Below are positions 12,315 through 24,712 of a DNA stretch of 64,000 bases, in pieces. Origin of the DNA: Podarcis filfolensis (Eukaryota); NCBI GenBank assembly GCA_964270895.1, contig OZ185439.1; one strand, written 5' to 3'. The first letter of the stretch is position 1. The number at the start of each line of letters is the position of its first letter. Both the position numbers and the translations under genes were made by a program. The notes beneath the pieces were generated by a model that saw only the letters and a program-made list of their open reading frames with translations, was not told the DNA's origin and ran no database searches.

Positions 12315-14497
12315 GCAACTTCTCATAAGTAAATCCAGTTGAATTCAAGTAAGGGTTAGAGAGGACCAGGGGTGTGTGATTCTTTTTCACACAAACACTT
12401 GCATGCTGTTTTCAGTCCTGTAACTGGCCAGTCTATCGTTGCAAACTGTTATCTGGGGTGTGTGTGAATGGAGACAGGTTGCAGGATAATTATTGCATAG
12501 AAGTACTTTTCACGTATAAATCTGCAATGTTTGAAGCAGCTCTCACAGGACAGACCATATTTAGAACACTGAGCTAGCTGGGCATCATGCCACACACTTC
12601 AATGGAAGGGAATCTTAATCTGCTATTACTGCGGAGACTTTATATTTAATTATTGCTATTTCCTGGAATTAATAGTGGTGACTGTGTAATCACAACACAA
12701 AGAGGTGTATGTGGGGGAATGCATGCAGAATTTTGTTCTGTTTTGGAATCTCCCAGACCCTCTTATTGTTTTCAAACATTTAACCTTCTATTATGAGCTC
12801 ACCAACTGGAGCGAAAGGCGAGGGCAAATGATTCTAGCATCTACTGCCTTGGTCTGTAGTGGTGCCAAAGCACATGCCACAATTGAGATTTGTAAGCTCT
12901 CCTGGATTCTGCTGCTCCTCACACGGAAGCTATTAAATCACTTCAGGGCTTTTGACTCTAAATTGACTCTCATGTTGAAGGCTCCATGCTGCAGAGGAAT
13001 CAAAGAGAAATCAATTGGCACCAACAAAAAACCCCAGCTTGTCAACAGTGGCAATGAGGAGGAGTGTCTCAGAAGATGGATCTTTGATGATCCTCTATCC
13101 CACAAGCAAAAGCAGAAGTTATCAATTTCATTGACCTTCAGGGATGATTTGTGAGCTTCTTGCAACACAGCTGCAAAATACCGCAGACAAGAAAAAAGGA
13201 AAGGGACGTCTCATCTGATAATGGCAGGGGATTATTTGATTGAGGAAAGAATGCCCCCTCTCTCTTTTTTGAAAAAGAACAACAACAAAAAGCCAGAAGG
13301 ATGGATTGCTGCTCTGGTTAGTAGGGCTAAAGGCTGGTAGAATGCATTGCACAGCTGTAACTTTTCTTTCCATGTGCCTTCTGCCATAGCTAGCACTGTG
13401 CCAAAATCTGTCCTCAATGGAAAATCAGCACCTGGATCTTCTGCCTGGAGAAGTAGAGTGCCACTTCCACATACTGTATCTTCACAAAGCATGTTAATTT
13501 GAGGGTGGCCATATACAAAGGACACTAGTTGTGGAAAACAGTCAGAGCAGCTTTCCCATCCCAACTGGTGAATTTACTGTGGGAGGGGGAATCTCAGGGA
13601 TTTTTTGGGGGGGTGTCTAAATTACTCCAAAGTTTCAGGGGTTATTCCTGTCTAGCTATGGCAATGATGCTGTTTTCCATCCTTCCTTAATAGAGCTGCT
13701 GCTATTGTCACAAGAAGAAGCAGAGAATGCTTTCTCCGCAATGCCCCCTGGGAACTAGACCACATCATGACATAGAATCATTCCAGGGGTATTGTGGTAG
13801 AAAAGTGGGGGCACCCATCCCACCATGGTGGCCACCAAAACCAGAAAGAAGGAAAGACACTTCCACTATCACAGGTAACCACTATCATCTATCACCCTTA
13901 AAATGTTTAAGTAATTTTGGTCCCCTGCTCCTCCCATATTATCCACATTAATTTTTGATCACTCCCCAAACACAGACAGTTTCAAGCCAAATGTTATCAT
14001 CTGGTCAAAGCAGACAACACAACTGAATAAAAGCCTTTTAGAACCTTTATCATTTCTTCATTAGCTCAAAATGGTCAAGCCAGGGATTTAAGCGTTCACC
14101 CAAAAATGGTTCTCCAATTTGGTATTTGCAGCCACTGGATGTGAGGAATTCTGACACAAGTGAGGCACACACCTCAAGATGGACAACATAAGTAAAACGA
14201 GTATTGTTCTTCTTGAAGCTCCCTGCAGCAACACAGTTTTTTCAAAGTGCCTTTCACTTTGAAAGAGAGACTTTCGTCTGAGCCATTTGCCTATTTGTTT
14301 TTCTTTTCCAAATTCACACACAGTAAAGCAAACAACCAGCTGGAGAGCAGATGATGGCACAGACTCCAAATTTCAGCTTCAGTTCTTAAAGGCTGGAGTA
14401 AGACTATCACAGTTTGGGATTTTCACCAGCATACTGGGGAGAGCGGAACTGAGACTACGGTTAAGTCACTTCACACTTTCTGCTATTTTTCTTCCAG

Positions 14498-14593
14498 AGT
14501 CCTTCCAAACCATCTGGCAGACATCCTCTACATCCAGAGTAAAACAGGCAGGTTGATTTCATGTGGAAGTCTTAGTTGCTGAAATGTCTAACA
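14498..14593 (+). other. Candidate exon (alternative donors at 14551 or 14593)
   Basis: Strong acceptor cactttctgctatttttcttccAG. Donors CAG|GTTGAT (54 nt, open in phases 1 and 2) or ACA|GTAAGC (96 nt, stops in all frames). Confidence 0.25.
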
Positions 14594-14948
14594 GTAAGCA
14601 GAATTTACCCCCATGACCTTCTATTTCCCCATTTGCTGTGATTCAAAAGTTTGTTGCCACAAACACAGCACAGTTCTGCTTGCGCAACTTCCTTTGCCAA
14701 AGCTATACAGCCATTTACAGAACAATCTTACTGTATTTAAAAGCGGGGTTCCTCCACCACCACCCCTAAGCTCTGTTAGCAATTAGTTGGAAATAAGTAC
14801 CCAAGCCTAATTATTAATTTCAGTAAACCTCTCTTGAAAAGGAAATTATTCCAGAAGAAACAGGATACTAATCTCAAAGCAGAGGAGAAAATCTGATTGT
14901 GCAGAAAATTCAGAACATGTTAGCATTGGTGGTATGATTAAGCAGGAG

Positions 14949-15038
14949 CATAGCTGTCAACGTTTCCCTTTTTTAAAGGGAAATTCCCTTATTCCAAATA
15001 GGATTCCTCACAAGAAAAGGGAAAAGTTGACAGCTATG
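14949..15038 (+). mobile_element. 90-bp hAT MITE, copy 1
   Basis: TIR catagctgtcaac/gttgacagctatg; perfect 8-bp TSD agcaggag (14941-14948, 15039-15046). Strand is arbitrary, set relative to copy 2. Confidence 0.92.
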
Positions 15039-16913
15039 AGCAGGAGTTGAACTGGTCTATTGTCTAACCAGAACAATTTCCATGTCATGATGAACCTAAC
15101 TTTCCCTCCCTAAACTTCTCAACAAATGATGTCTGACTAATAAATGGTGTGATCAGACAATTGTCTGAGCAGTGGCTAAACTTTTATGCCAGTGTGGCAA
15201 ACTCCAGACGTTACTGAACTATAGCTTCCATCATTCTTACAACATGTGAAGGGCACAACATTGGTCACTGTTTTACACCAGTAGGTCTATCTTTCCAGCC
15301 CTTCTAAAGCCCGTGCAGAGCCAGAAGAAAAATATGACGGCTCCATGGAGAGACCACCACAGAAGAAAGGTTTTCATTTCTATGCATTCCCAAAGCTTTC
15401 TCTCGTGTCCAAATGAATTCCACCAGTGACTACAGATAAGCTTTGGATCTGATGCCATTAATTGCACACTCACATTCTCTTGGGGACAAGAACATGAAGT
15501 ATTTGTGCTGCCTCTTGCATTTTGGGTTACAATATGAACTTATCTCAAACTTTTGATGTCGCGTTATGCAGCTTATAGTACACAGACTGCTTGACATGCA
15601 GTGTACACAATGTGCCACATTTATATTCTAAAGTAAGTGTTATAGGGCATAACCATTGGTTCCCAGGGATTTTGGTGTAAGGTGGGGAGGGGTGAAACAT
15701 AAAGGGATGAAGCAAATAGTCTAGACCACAATCCAACAGAAAGTCAAGCATATTTAAAGACACTGATAAAGGATGCTTAACACTGTGTTAGCTTGTGGCT
15801 TAAATGTATAGGTATATAGCCATGAATGCAAGAGTGATTAAGAGTCAAGTCTGCTGAATGGGTACTTGAGATTTATATGTTGAAGTAGAAGTGGTGTGTG
15901 CTACTCAAGGACTTGGCAATATATGATATGCATGTGTTCTGATTTATGCAGGGTTTTATTCATTTAAAAAAAAATCTGCCATTTGCCATTTATGAAGTTG
16001 CAATAGTAGCCCTGTTTAGGCATTCAGGCTCATGCAACTATAATCCTATGAGGTAAAATATTTTCCTCTTCTAAGGATTTCATTGCCAGTTTTCAAACTA
16101 CCCCTCTGCCAGTGTTAGCACACAGGGGTGAAATAAGTGACTTCACAGCAGTCTTTGCAAATTCTTGGATGCATGTGAAAGAGGGGAAAGGCCTACCAAA
16201 ATTTGTGAGCGCCGGTGAAAAGAGAATTTTTAAGTGTACATGTGTGTTTTTTTAAAAAAATACTTTGGCTTCTGTCTGAAGTTTCATGCAAACCCAGATC
16301 TATGTCAGTGCACTAGAGATCAACATTTGGCCCCCAGTCAGTAATGGAGCCATGACCAATAAAAAAAATGCAGAAAAGCCAGCCAAATGTCTATTTTTTA
16401 TGATGTTGTTACGGTATATTAGTGGATGAAGGGAATGCCATCGTTATGATTTCTGCATTGCTCTAATGTCTGTCTTATAGGAAATTTTAAAAAGTGAATT
16501 GGAATTGGCTTGAAGCTAGGGAAGCAGCTTTCAGTAGTAATAAATTGTTTTCTGGCCACCAAATTAAGGACAGAAATCTAAATTCAAAGCCCCAGCTGAC
16601 AAGAACTTAAATGCTGGCTAGGTTGCCTAAAGCTATTGACTCATCCACATGTTTCCTTCTCTTACAGAATCACTTTCCACATATTTAACCATTTACCAGT
16701 GTTCTTAACAAGTAAGTGTCTATGTATGATGAATGGATGATAATGGCTTGTAAAAGGATTGCATTCAGAGCAGGTATTCAAGAACCAGCTATTCCATACA
16801 AAGATGTAATATGCATTGTTAGATGTTTAGAGCTTGGCTTCAAGGTCAAGAACTCTGTCACTTATCCACCTATTAAGAACATTTACGTTGCGTTCCCTTA
16901 TTTGTTCTGACAG

Positions 16914-16993
16914 GTGTTTGGCTGGAAGGCAGTTATTGAGGCAAACACTTTTTCTCCATAATGCTCAATATTGAATTACCTAGTAATTCACAG
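16914..16993 (+). other. Candidate non-coding exon (80 nt)
   Basis: Acceptor gttcccttatttgttctgacAG, donor CAG|GTTAGA; stops in all three frames. Confidence 0.2.
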
Positions 16994-17282
16994 GTTAGAA
17001 AACATTTATCAAGAGAGAATTGCGCATTTTGTCCTGTTTCCAGAAATGGGAGCCAAGACACCACTTTGCAGGAAATCCCTGAATAAAAGCTTTGAAACGT
17101 ATTTATGGTTCCATGGGACAGGCTGCAAAATAAATTATTAATAGAAATAAGGACTGCTTTTTAAAAGAAAAGAGTGGCAAATGACAGAAATGGGTGATTT
17201 CTTTGACACATGTCTCTTTTCCACGCTAAGGATGCTGGGATCTGGGCAGTACTTATCTGTTCTTTCTGTGTAAGTCAAATAT

Positions 17283-17613
17283 AAAGGTAAAGGGACCCCT
17301 GACCATTAGGTCCAGTCATGGCCGACTCTGGGGTTGTGGCACTCATCTCGCTTTCTTGGCTGAGGGAGCCAGCGTACAGCTTCTGGGTCATGTGGCCAGC
17401 ATGACTAAGCCGCTTCTGGTGAACCAGAGCAGCGCACGGAAACGCCGTTTACCTTCCCGCCAGAGCGGTTCCTATTTATCTACTTGCACTTTGATGTGCT
17501 TTCGAACTGCTAGGCGGGCAGGAACAGGGACCGAGCAATGGGTTCGAACCGCTGACCTTCTGATCGGCAAGTCCTAGGCTCTGTGGTTTAACCCACAGCG
17601 CCACCCATGTCCC
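17283..17613 (-). mobile_element. Sauria SINE with about 20-nt deletion in the tRNA-like head
   Basis: Perfect 12-bp TSD aagtcaaatata (17272-17283, 17614-17625); junction caatggg|ttcgaacc lacks the segment present in other copies. Confidence 0.95.
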
Positions 17614-18107
17614 AAGTCAAATATACATAGTACATAATGGCACCAGAAGGGCTGATCAAGAAACTGATCAAGTAGCTGATCAAGATCATTTGAATGATGT
17701 CCAGTAACAGTGTCCTCTGGGTGGTTGGCAACAATAAAACATTTAAATATAATAGCAATCAATAAAACAATAAAAGGCAACACAGAAATGTCACTGGCAG
17801 CAAATACATCAGTATTATAAGATACACAGCATCTCTCAAGTTGACTGCAGTTCAAAAATTCTATGAGTTAATTAATAGTGCACGATTGTTTGGTTAAGTA
17901 GAATAATGTATGATATATGTATGAAAATCAATAAAAACTGATTTTTTAAAAAAAATAGTTCACAGGTTTAGAAAATAGCAAAGATCTTCACCTAGCACTG
18001 AAAAATCTATAAAGCAAATACAGAGGGTGATCCAAATTCTTCACCATTTCTTGTAATGTATTTTATTCCTTGCACTCTATTTTAATATTTTTCTCCTTGG
18101 TTTGCAG

Positions 18108-18252
18108 ACATGAAGCAACCATTCTAACACCACAAACACAGTGTAATGGATCTGTAGACAATTACTAGAGACTAGCTGAATGCCTGCATGCTGGGTGTTC
18201 AGGCTTAGTCTTTGTTGTCAGGCTTAGTCTTTGACCCTTTGCTTAGTGTGAG
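18108..18252 (+). other. Candidate exon (145 nt)
   Basis: Branch-like tttaat, acceptor ttttctccttggtttgcAG (18107), donor GAG|GTATGG. Frames give RHEATILTPQTQCNGSVDNY* or DMKQPF*; not recognised. Confidence 0.25.
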
Positions 18253-18949
18253 GTATGGTCGGCATACAAATAGGTCTGAGATGAAGCCCAGGATTGGTGT
18301 AATAATGGCTGAGGGTGACACTGAGGGCTCCCTAAAGCTGGAGTGTTTCCTAATGCCAAGGGCAGGAAATATACCTGAACCATGCATTTGGGGGGGGGGG
18401 GAGGAGCTGCGTGGAAAATAAGAGAATCACCATGTTCAAGCTAATACATGAGATCATAGTGCTTATTGGAACAACAGCAAAATATAATTAACGTGAGTGA
18501 GAAACTGTGTATGTGTGTGTATTTTAATGAATGTGGCCAACTCTCTCTCTGTACCATGTTTCCATAATTCATTTCCATCTCTGCTTTATTTCTGAATGCA
18601 TATTTGACATGGAAGAATATAGGATGGATTCCACACTAATAGATTTCTGCTTATTTCAGTAAGTTGCCTTACCTGAGCGGGAAACTGACTAATAAGTGCT
18701 TCAACAATATTTTTTGTTCTGTAGTATTATGGTAGTGGACAAAACTCAAATGTAACTTTTGAGTAAATGTGTTTTTAATACAATACCATATGACACAACA
18801 CAATATTCTTTATCTGCTTCAGGGTCTCTGGTTGAATCAAGAGCAGAACTTTGCCTAGTTTTAAAGTATTTCCTCTTGCAGGTAATATTAGTGCCCCAAG
18901 ATTCTGGTGTGGCAGCTTATTAATCTAACCCATTAATATTCTGTCGTCT

Positions 18950-19115
18950 TTCTCCAAGCATCTAAGAGTGGCATACATGAGGCTAGCCCCTTTTATCTTC
19001 CCAAGAAACCTGTGAGTTGCTTAGATGAGGGAGTGTGTCTGGGCCAAGGTGACCCAATGAACTTCATGGCTGAACAGGGTTCAGATGCCAGATTGCTACA
19101 TGCAAATCCAACACT
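18950..19115 (-). mobile_element. Degenerate Squam3/MIR-like SINE
   Basis: cccaagaaacctgtgag...gggccaaggtgacccaatgaacttcatggctg core, similar to 54215-54378 and 61973-62156. Confidence 0.55.
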
Positions 19116-19599
19116 CTAGACTTTACAGCTTCTTTCAAAACTGTATAATCATACTGACTCTTGGTACCTATGCATTCAAAATGAGAGGACTGAGTTTCAC
19201 GTTCCATCCCTGAGCTTTTGAGGTCTATAACTGAAAACAAACCCGTCAAAGCTAAGAATGATTAGCAACTCAGCATTTGAGGACTTTGGATTTGATTACC
19301 CTAGTGGTAAAGGGTCAATCATTTTCTACCCGCCTGTTGTCAATCATTCCACAGGTAAGCCACAGCTCTAAGATCAAATGCAGACCTCTCTGTCAGAAGA
19401 GCTACCTCTCTCCTTTGTATCAACACCTGTGAGAGGTAAATGTGCCTCAGTTAGCGCTGAGGTCATTAGGATAGATTTTACATGGATTGTATTTCACTGG
19501 ATTCACATGAGGAGAATCTCTGGTGAGTCGTTTAAGCATTTGTAGCATAGACAGCAGGAATAAAATCCCATATGCCCTAACAAGTCCCCAGTGCTTGCT

Positions 19600-19755
19600 T
19601 ATGATAAAGTTCATGAGCTTTCTGTACATCTGGAACATGGAAGAGATGAGTGAATTCTTTTTCAGCTGTGGCAAGGAATCTTAGAAACAGGAAACAGGAA
19701 ACAGAAGTCATTCACACTTCCTGTTTCCCTTGAAAATGGTACCATCGGAAGTAAT
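19600..19755. promoter_or_regulatory. ETS motif cluster with a GATA site (candidate enhancer)
   Basis: TGATAA 19602-19607; ACAGGAAAC x2 (19687, 19694); ACTTCCTGT 19716-19724; CGGAAGT 19746-19752. Confidence 0.35.
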
Positions 19756-21509
19756 TCTAATTTAATTGCCAGAAGACCTTATAGAAAAGCATCTTATTTG
19801 GGGGTTTTCTTTTTCATTTATTGAAAACATTTACACCTCATCTTTTAGAACAGTGTTCTTGCAAAGTGGCTTGCAACGACTGTTAAAAACAATTACAATA
19901 AAACAAGGTTTTTTCTCTCTCACACACTCACTTTCCTCCAATAAAATTCCATAGGTTTCTACTTATTCCTTGTGGCGCATGCTAAAATGCATGTAAGCAG
20001 TGCTAATCAATATATTTTGTCACCCCAATACCCAGACACCACCCCTAGAGCCAACACTTTAAAAAGTTCTGCTGTGCCATTTGACACCATTTCCAGCTTT
20101 GATCCCCCCCCCACTCCCCACCCATATGGTACTGCCTGAAGGAGATTGATTCACCCTGTTGCATGGAAGGCTGGCCTTATATGGAATGTTTTGGTAAAAA
20201 GCAGCAAACACCATGTACATGAAACATTGTTGCCTAGTGTAATATGTTCTAAAGGTCATTCTGTATCCTGACTGGAAAATCTAAAAAGAATTAAAATTGC
20301 AGCACGTCAGCATATAGGCTGTGTTGTGACATAACACTAAACAAACCATGGTCTAGCATTACAAGAATGAGCCCTAACTTCCCCAGAGCTCATACAGTCC
20401 CTCTCCTCCTATTCCAATATGGCTATGAGTAGAATCCCCATGCAGAACTTCCCCACACAACACATGGCAAGTTGGCAGCTGAGTGCAGAACACATACATT
20501 AGGATACTGAGGGAAGTCTTCCATTTGCACTCCCTTCTCCTATCCACATTTTTACCATTCCAACATTTCAATGACTGACTGGACGTTGCCTAATCACAAA
20601 CTATCATTTGAACTTGTCTTATTCCCATTAGCCACAATTAAAATTAACAACATTTTGTTTGGGCTCAGATGACATGTCAAACTGCAGTGCGTCAGAAATC
20701 AAAACAAAACTTTTCAAACTCCTCATGCCCATGCAAGAAAGAGAGGGAAATTTGCATATGAGCCAAACTATAGTTTAGTCGGGGTTTTATTCAAACCTGT
20801 CCATACTGTATCAATGTGACACATTGCCCCAAAGTAGACAATTTTCTCCCTATTGGTTGAAAGTAGATGGCCTAATATGTGTTCAGCATAATATATTTAT
20901 GCAATGAATATTCAGGAATGACTTCACTCCATGCTGAAACACAGCTGCTCTGGTGGCAAAATGCAGTAGATGCTTAAAACAGCAAGCAATTTAGTCAAAA
21001 GAAGTCACAACACATCACATCCTGTTCAATCTGTAAAAGGAAAATTAAAATAAAGCAAAAAGCAAATGGGTTTTGCAAAGCTACAAAGGCCATGCCAGAT
21101 ATGCAAAAATTATGTATGGTATGTAACAAAAAATAAACAAACATAATTCTGAGTTTGCAATGTATCTGTCAGCCAGTTCTGTCAGCAGTATACTATCCAT
21201 AAACTCTAGTCTGGAAAACTTTCCTAGTGTTGGCAGAAAGCCATGATCAAAGCTCCATTAATACTTGGTTCAACGTTTAGTTTAGCAGCAAATTTGAATG
21301 ACCTGAATCAATTTAACATAGATATGATTCTTCTTCTTATTTTAAAAGTATATTATAGACAATTATTTCCACGATTTACACATGGGCACTGTTTTAAACT
21401 CTCCATGTGGTGCCTACCCAACAGTTTTGGAATCTGTCTGTGTGCCTCAGTGTTCCACCATAAAAGTTTTGCCAAAGAATGATTTGTGGTGGCATGGCGA
21501 ACTGTCCTC

Positions 21510-21675
21510 AGGCTACATACATATCATACATTTAAAGTACATTTAAAGTGCACATCTTTCCCCAAAGAATATTGGGTACTGTAGTATGTTAAGGGAGCTG
21601 TGAACTGTAGCTTTGTGAAGTGCAAGCTACAGTTGCCCTGATTCTTTGAGGGAAGAAATGTGCTTTACAAGCTGG
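21510..21675. mobile_element. Palindromic MITE (possibly Harbinger-type), degenerate
   Basis: ggctacatacatatcatacatttaaag...ccccaaagaatattgggtactgtag...ctacagttgccctgattctttg; a related reversed copy lies near 53170-53370. Superfamily assignment is from memory. Confidence 0.5.
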
Positions 21676-23096
21676 ATTCAACTAACCTGCTCTGCTAGCA
21701 GAAGCTAGTGCAAGAACTCCAGCTAATTGGGGGGGGGCTTTCTCCCCTCTCATCACCCCCTATGTCCGCACACCTCTCCCAAATTGGAAGAACCCCCAGG
21801 ACAGCATGCAGGGTGAGAAGAAGTGAGATTGTTCCACTGGGCAAGCAGAAATGCGTGTGCCAATGGAACAATCGCCTTTGTGCTATATTGAATTGCACTC
21901 TAAATGAATGATGTGTACCCAGCACAAGTCTTTGTGGTGAAGCCCTGCTAGTGACCTCATAAGCAGGGCCTGCCCTGCTATTAGACAGAGTGAGGTGGTC
22001 ACTTTAGACAACTGAGTGTGGCTGTCCTGAAAGGGCAACAGATTAAGATTTATTATGTTTGTATTTTTACTTTCAAGAGTAATCTCGATACTTGTGGGAT
22101 TTTCTATCATTGGTACAATACACCTTGACGTGGGAAGAAGTGCAATATTTGCTATTGTGCCTCAGGCAGCAACATGTCTTGGGCCAGCGCTGATGATACG
22201 GAAGGAGTTGCTTTGTGCAACACTTAAAATGGCATCCATAGAACGATTGTTTCCTAGCATGTAAACTGATCATATTATATGATTGCCATGTGTCTGGAAT
22301 TTCCTTGACATAGCTGGTATTCGACCTTTGTAAACAGCATCCAGGCAGAAAGCACTGAAAGACCTGGAAAATCCGGATGTATGGCAGGCCATGTCAGAAA
22401 TGTTGATCTTAGTGAATTTCATTAAAAAAAGCTAAAAAAGAAAATTCTCAAAAAAATCTCTACAACTTTGTTCCCCACCCAAAATCCAAATCAAGAAATG
22501 TCCCCTCAAAATGTCAGGGGAGTGCATTCCTGCTGGATCAACAGACTGAATACTTGCAAGTACATATTTTCTACAATGGCTGTTAACATTTCTGATAAAA
22601 ATTCAGTGTGAACAGTGAACTGGAATGGTTTCTAGAAAAGCAGGCTTTGCTTTTTTCAGAAGCGTGCCCACCATGGGAGAACTGTTTATTCTTTGGTGGT
22701 TGCCACAGGCTGTCTTCTTTTGCTAGAGATGGATAGATCAGCCTACTTATGCTCCATATCAGTTTTGCATGAGTTCAGCTGCAAGTCTGTTCCATCTGCG
22801 TAAAGGAGTTTGGCTGAAGGGTTTAAACTGTGGTCAGGAAGGGGCACATAATGCAAGCTCCCTCAATCTGCCTTAAGTGTGCACTATACCTTCAGATCTT
22901 TGTATGATTGCTGTGAAGGATGGAATAGGGGTTTTAAGTATGTTCAACTGAACATCTTGAACACTTTTGCTATGATCAGGGACTCTGATAAATCAGGGTT
23001 CATACTCATGGAAAGGGTTGCAAGTGTTTGATCAAATGCACTTCAAAAGCCTCTTGAGATCTAATTATCTGAGGAGTAGCCTGGAGACATGGGGGG

Positions 23097-23295
23097 CATA
23101 AGAAGAGGCTGCTGGGTCAGCCAATGGCCCATCTAGTTCAGCATCCCATTCTCAGAGTGGCCAACCAGAAGCCTGTGGGAAACTCATAAGCAGAACCCAA
23201 GCATAAGAACACATTCCCCTCCTGGGGTCCCCTGCAGCTGGTATTCAGAAGCAGAACTGCCTCTGGCTGTGGAGGTAGAACGTAGCAGGCCTTGA
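23097..23295 (-). mobile_element. CR1-type LINE 3' fragment
   Basis: cataagaagaggctgctgggtcagccaatggcccatctagttcagcatcc; same family as 5240-5519. Confidence 0.7.
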
Positions 23296-23899
23296 GTGCA
23301 TTCTCCTTCCTCATCTGCAGGAATGAATCCCGAACAGGAGAACTCAGCACTGCAATGCCCCACTTACATATTCAATATTCTTAATGCAAGTCCTTGCTTA
23401 GTCAAAATGACACCATCCACATACTAGAGAAAGGTATTACCGGGTCTGGGGAATCCCCAGGGATTTGCAGAGATATGAAAAATTATGAGTGGGCAAGGTG
23501 GGCCCAAAACATCTGAGGTGAACCACAAAATGGCATTTCCCCCATCCCCACTAGGGAAGAAGGGGTGAGTGAATATCTACGTCTGGACCAAGGAGGGAAT
23601 AAAGATCTACACTGGGATCTGCTGCTTCTGTGGATCCTGCTGCTTGAGGCAGTCACCTCATCTTGCCTCATGGCTTAGCCCTGGTAGGGGGGATGCCAAA
23701 ACAGCCTAACAGGGGCTGAAAATGTTCAGTGAGTATGGAAGGCTGACTAACTGAAGGTGGGGCAAAAAATGAAGAGCATGGGATGGATCAGCTGCAAAAG
23801 TTAACCGGAACACTCAATTGCGGCAACATTTTGTTGCAGGTCCCACTTGTTAAGCTGTAAGATTGACATGACCGAAGTATTAGCTTTTACAAGAAGGCG

Positions 23900-24712
23900 T
23901 GTTCTCATTCAAAGAGAGCACGTGTTGCGGTGGGGTCCGCCGAGCCACCCTTCTGTTGCCGGGTGGGTAAGGATAGATGGTCTCTGGCAGTTATTGGTCA
24001 CTTGAGTTGCTGAGGTAATTTTGATGTTGCCAATTTAGGGGAGGGAACAGATGTTTCTTATGCAGGGCACGCAGCATTGAGCTTTCTCTTTCGCTGCATG
24101 CACTGGATCACCCGCCCACCCTCCGTAATTTTAGGTCTTGTGTGTTGACCTTGCTATGCCTGTCATGGGGTCGTCTGCCATTGGGGCAGGGGCCTGGTAG
24201 GAATTTTGTCCTTTTGGCTGATTGGCTGGTGCCATTTGGTTTTTGCCTACTGCATAGCAAATCATCACAACTTGTAAGGTTGCGGTTAGGCATTGGTTAA
24301 AATTGGTTGGTGGAGGGGTAAGGATTGGCTGGGCCTGCCCCTCCAATGCTGCTGCTGCAAGGGAATTCCGTTAAAGGAATTCAGGGGCTCGCCATGCTTT
24401 CATCCAAATCCCTGGAATCGGGTTTGGGCTGTGCAAGCCCCTGGGAACATGCAGGGAGAAGGTGAAGGCCTGTGGCACAGCTCCAGTTTCTCCCCAATAT
24501 TGTTTTCCCTTACTGATTTTCGCTGGAATTCGGAAGTCAGTTCTGTCCCCAGGCGGGGGGACAGATAGTCCTAACCAATGCCTAAGCAACCACTCACATT
24601 CATGTATGTTAATAAAGTTGTGGCCAAAACTATGCCAAAAACCTTAAACAAAAATTCTGTGTGATGTGTGTTTTATTTAGGGGGGGCGTGTATTGGGGAC
24701 CTCGACACGCAA
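23900..24712 (+). mobile_element. DIRS/Ngaro-like (tyrosine recombinase) retrotransposon terminal-repeat remnant
   Basis: 14-bp inverted repeat ttaggcattggtta (24286-24299) / taaccaatgcctaa (24572-24585), followed by aataaagttgtggcc (24611-24625) and a GT-rich tract. No RT/YR ORF; family is recalled, left boundary uncertain. Confidence 0.5.

Noticed and set aside
17652-17684. (CTGATCAAG-nnn)x3; similar short duplications at 18200-18233 and near 53604-53635
   Set aside because: Ordinary slippage-type micro-duplications with no further structure.
21700-21880. SOX-motif-rich stretch as a conserved enhancer
   Set aside because: Resembles 31020-31150 (gcaagcagaaat core), so it is more likely a dispersed repeat.
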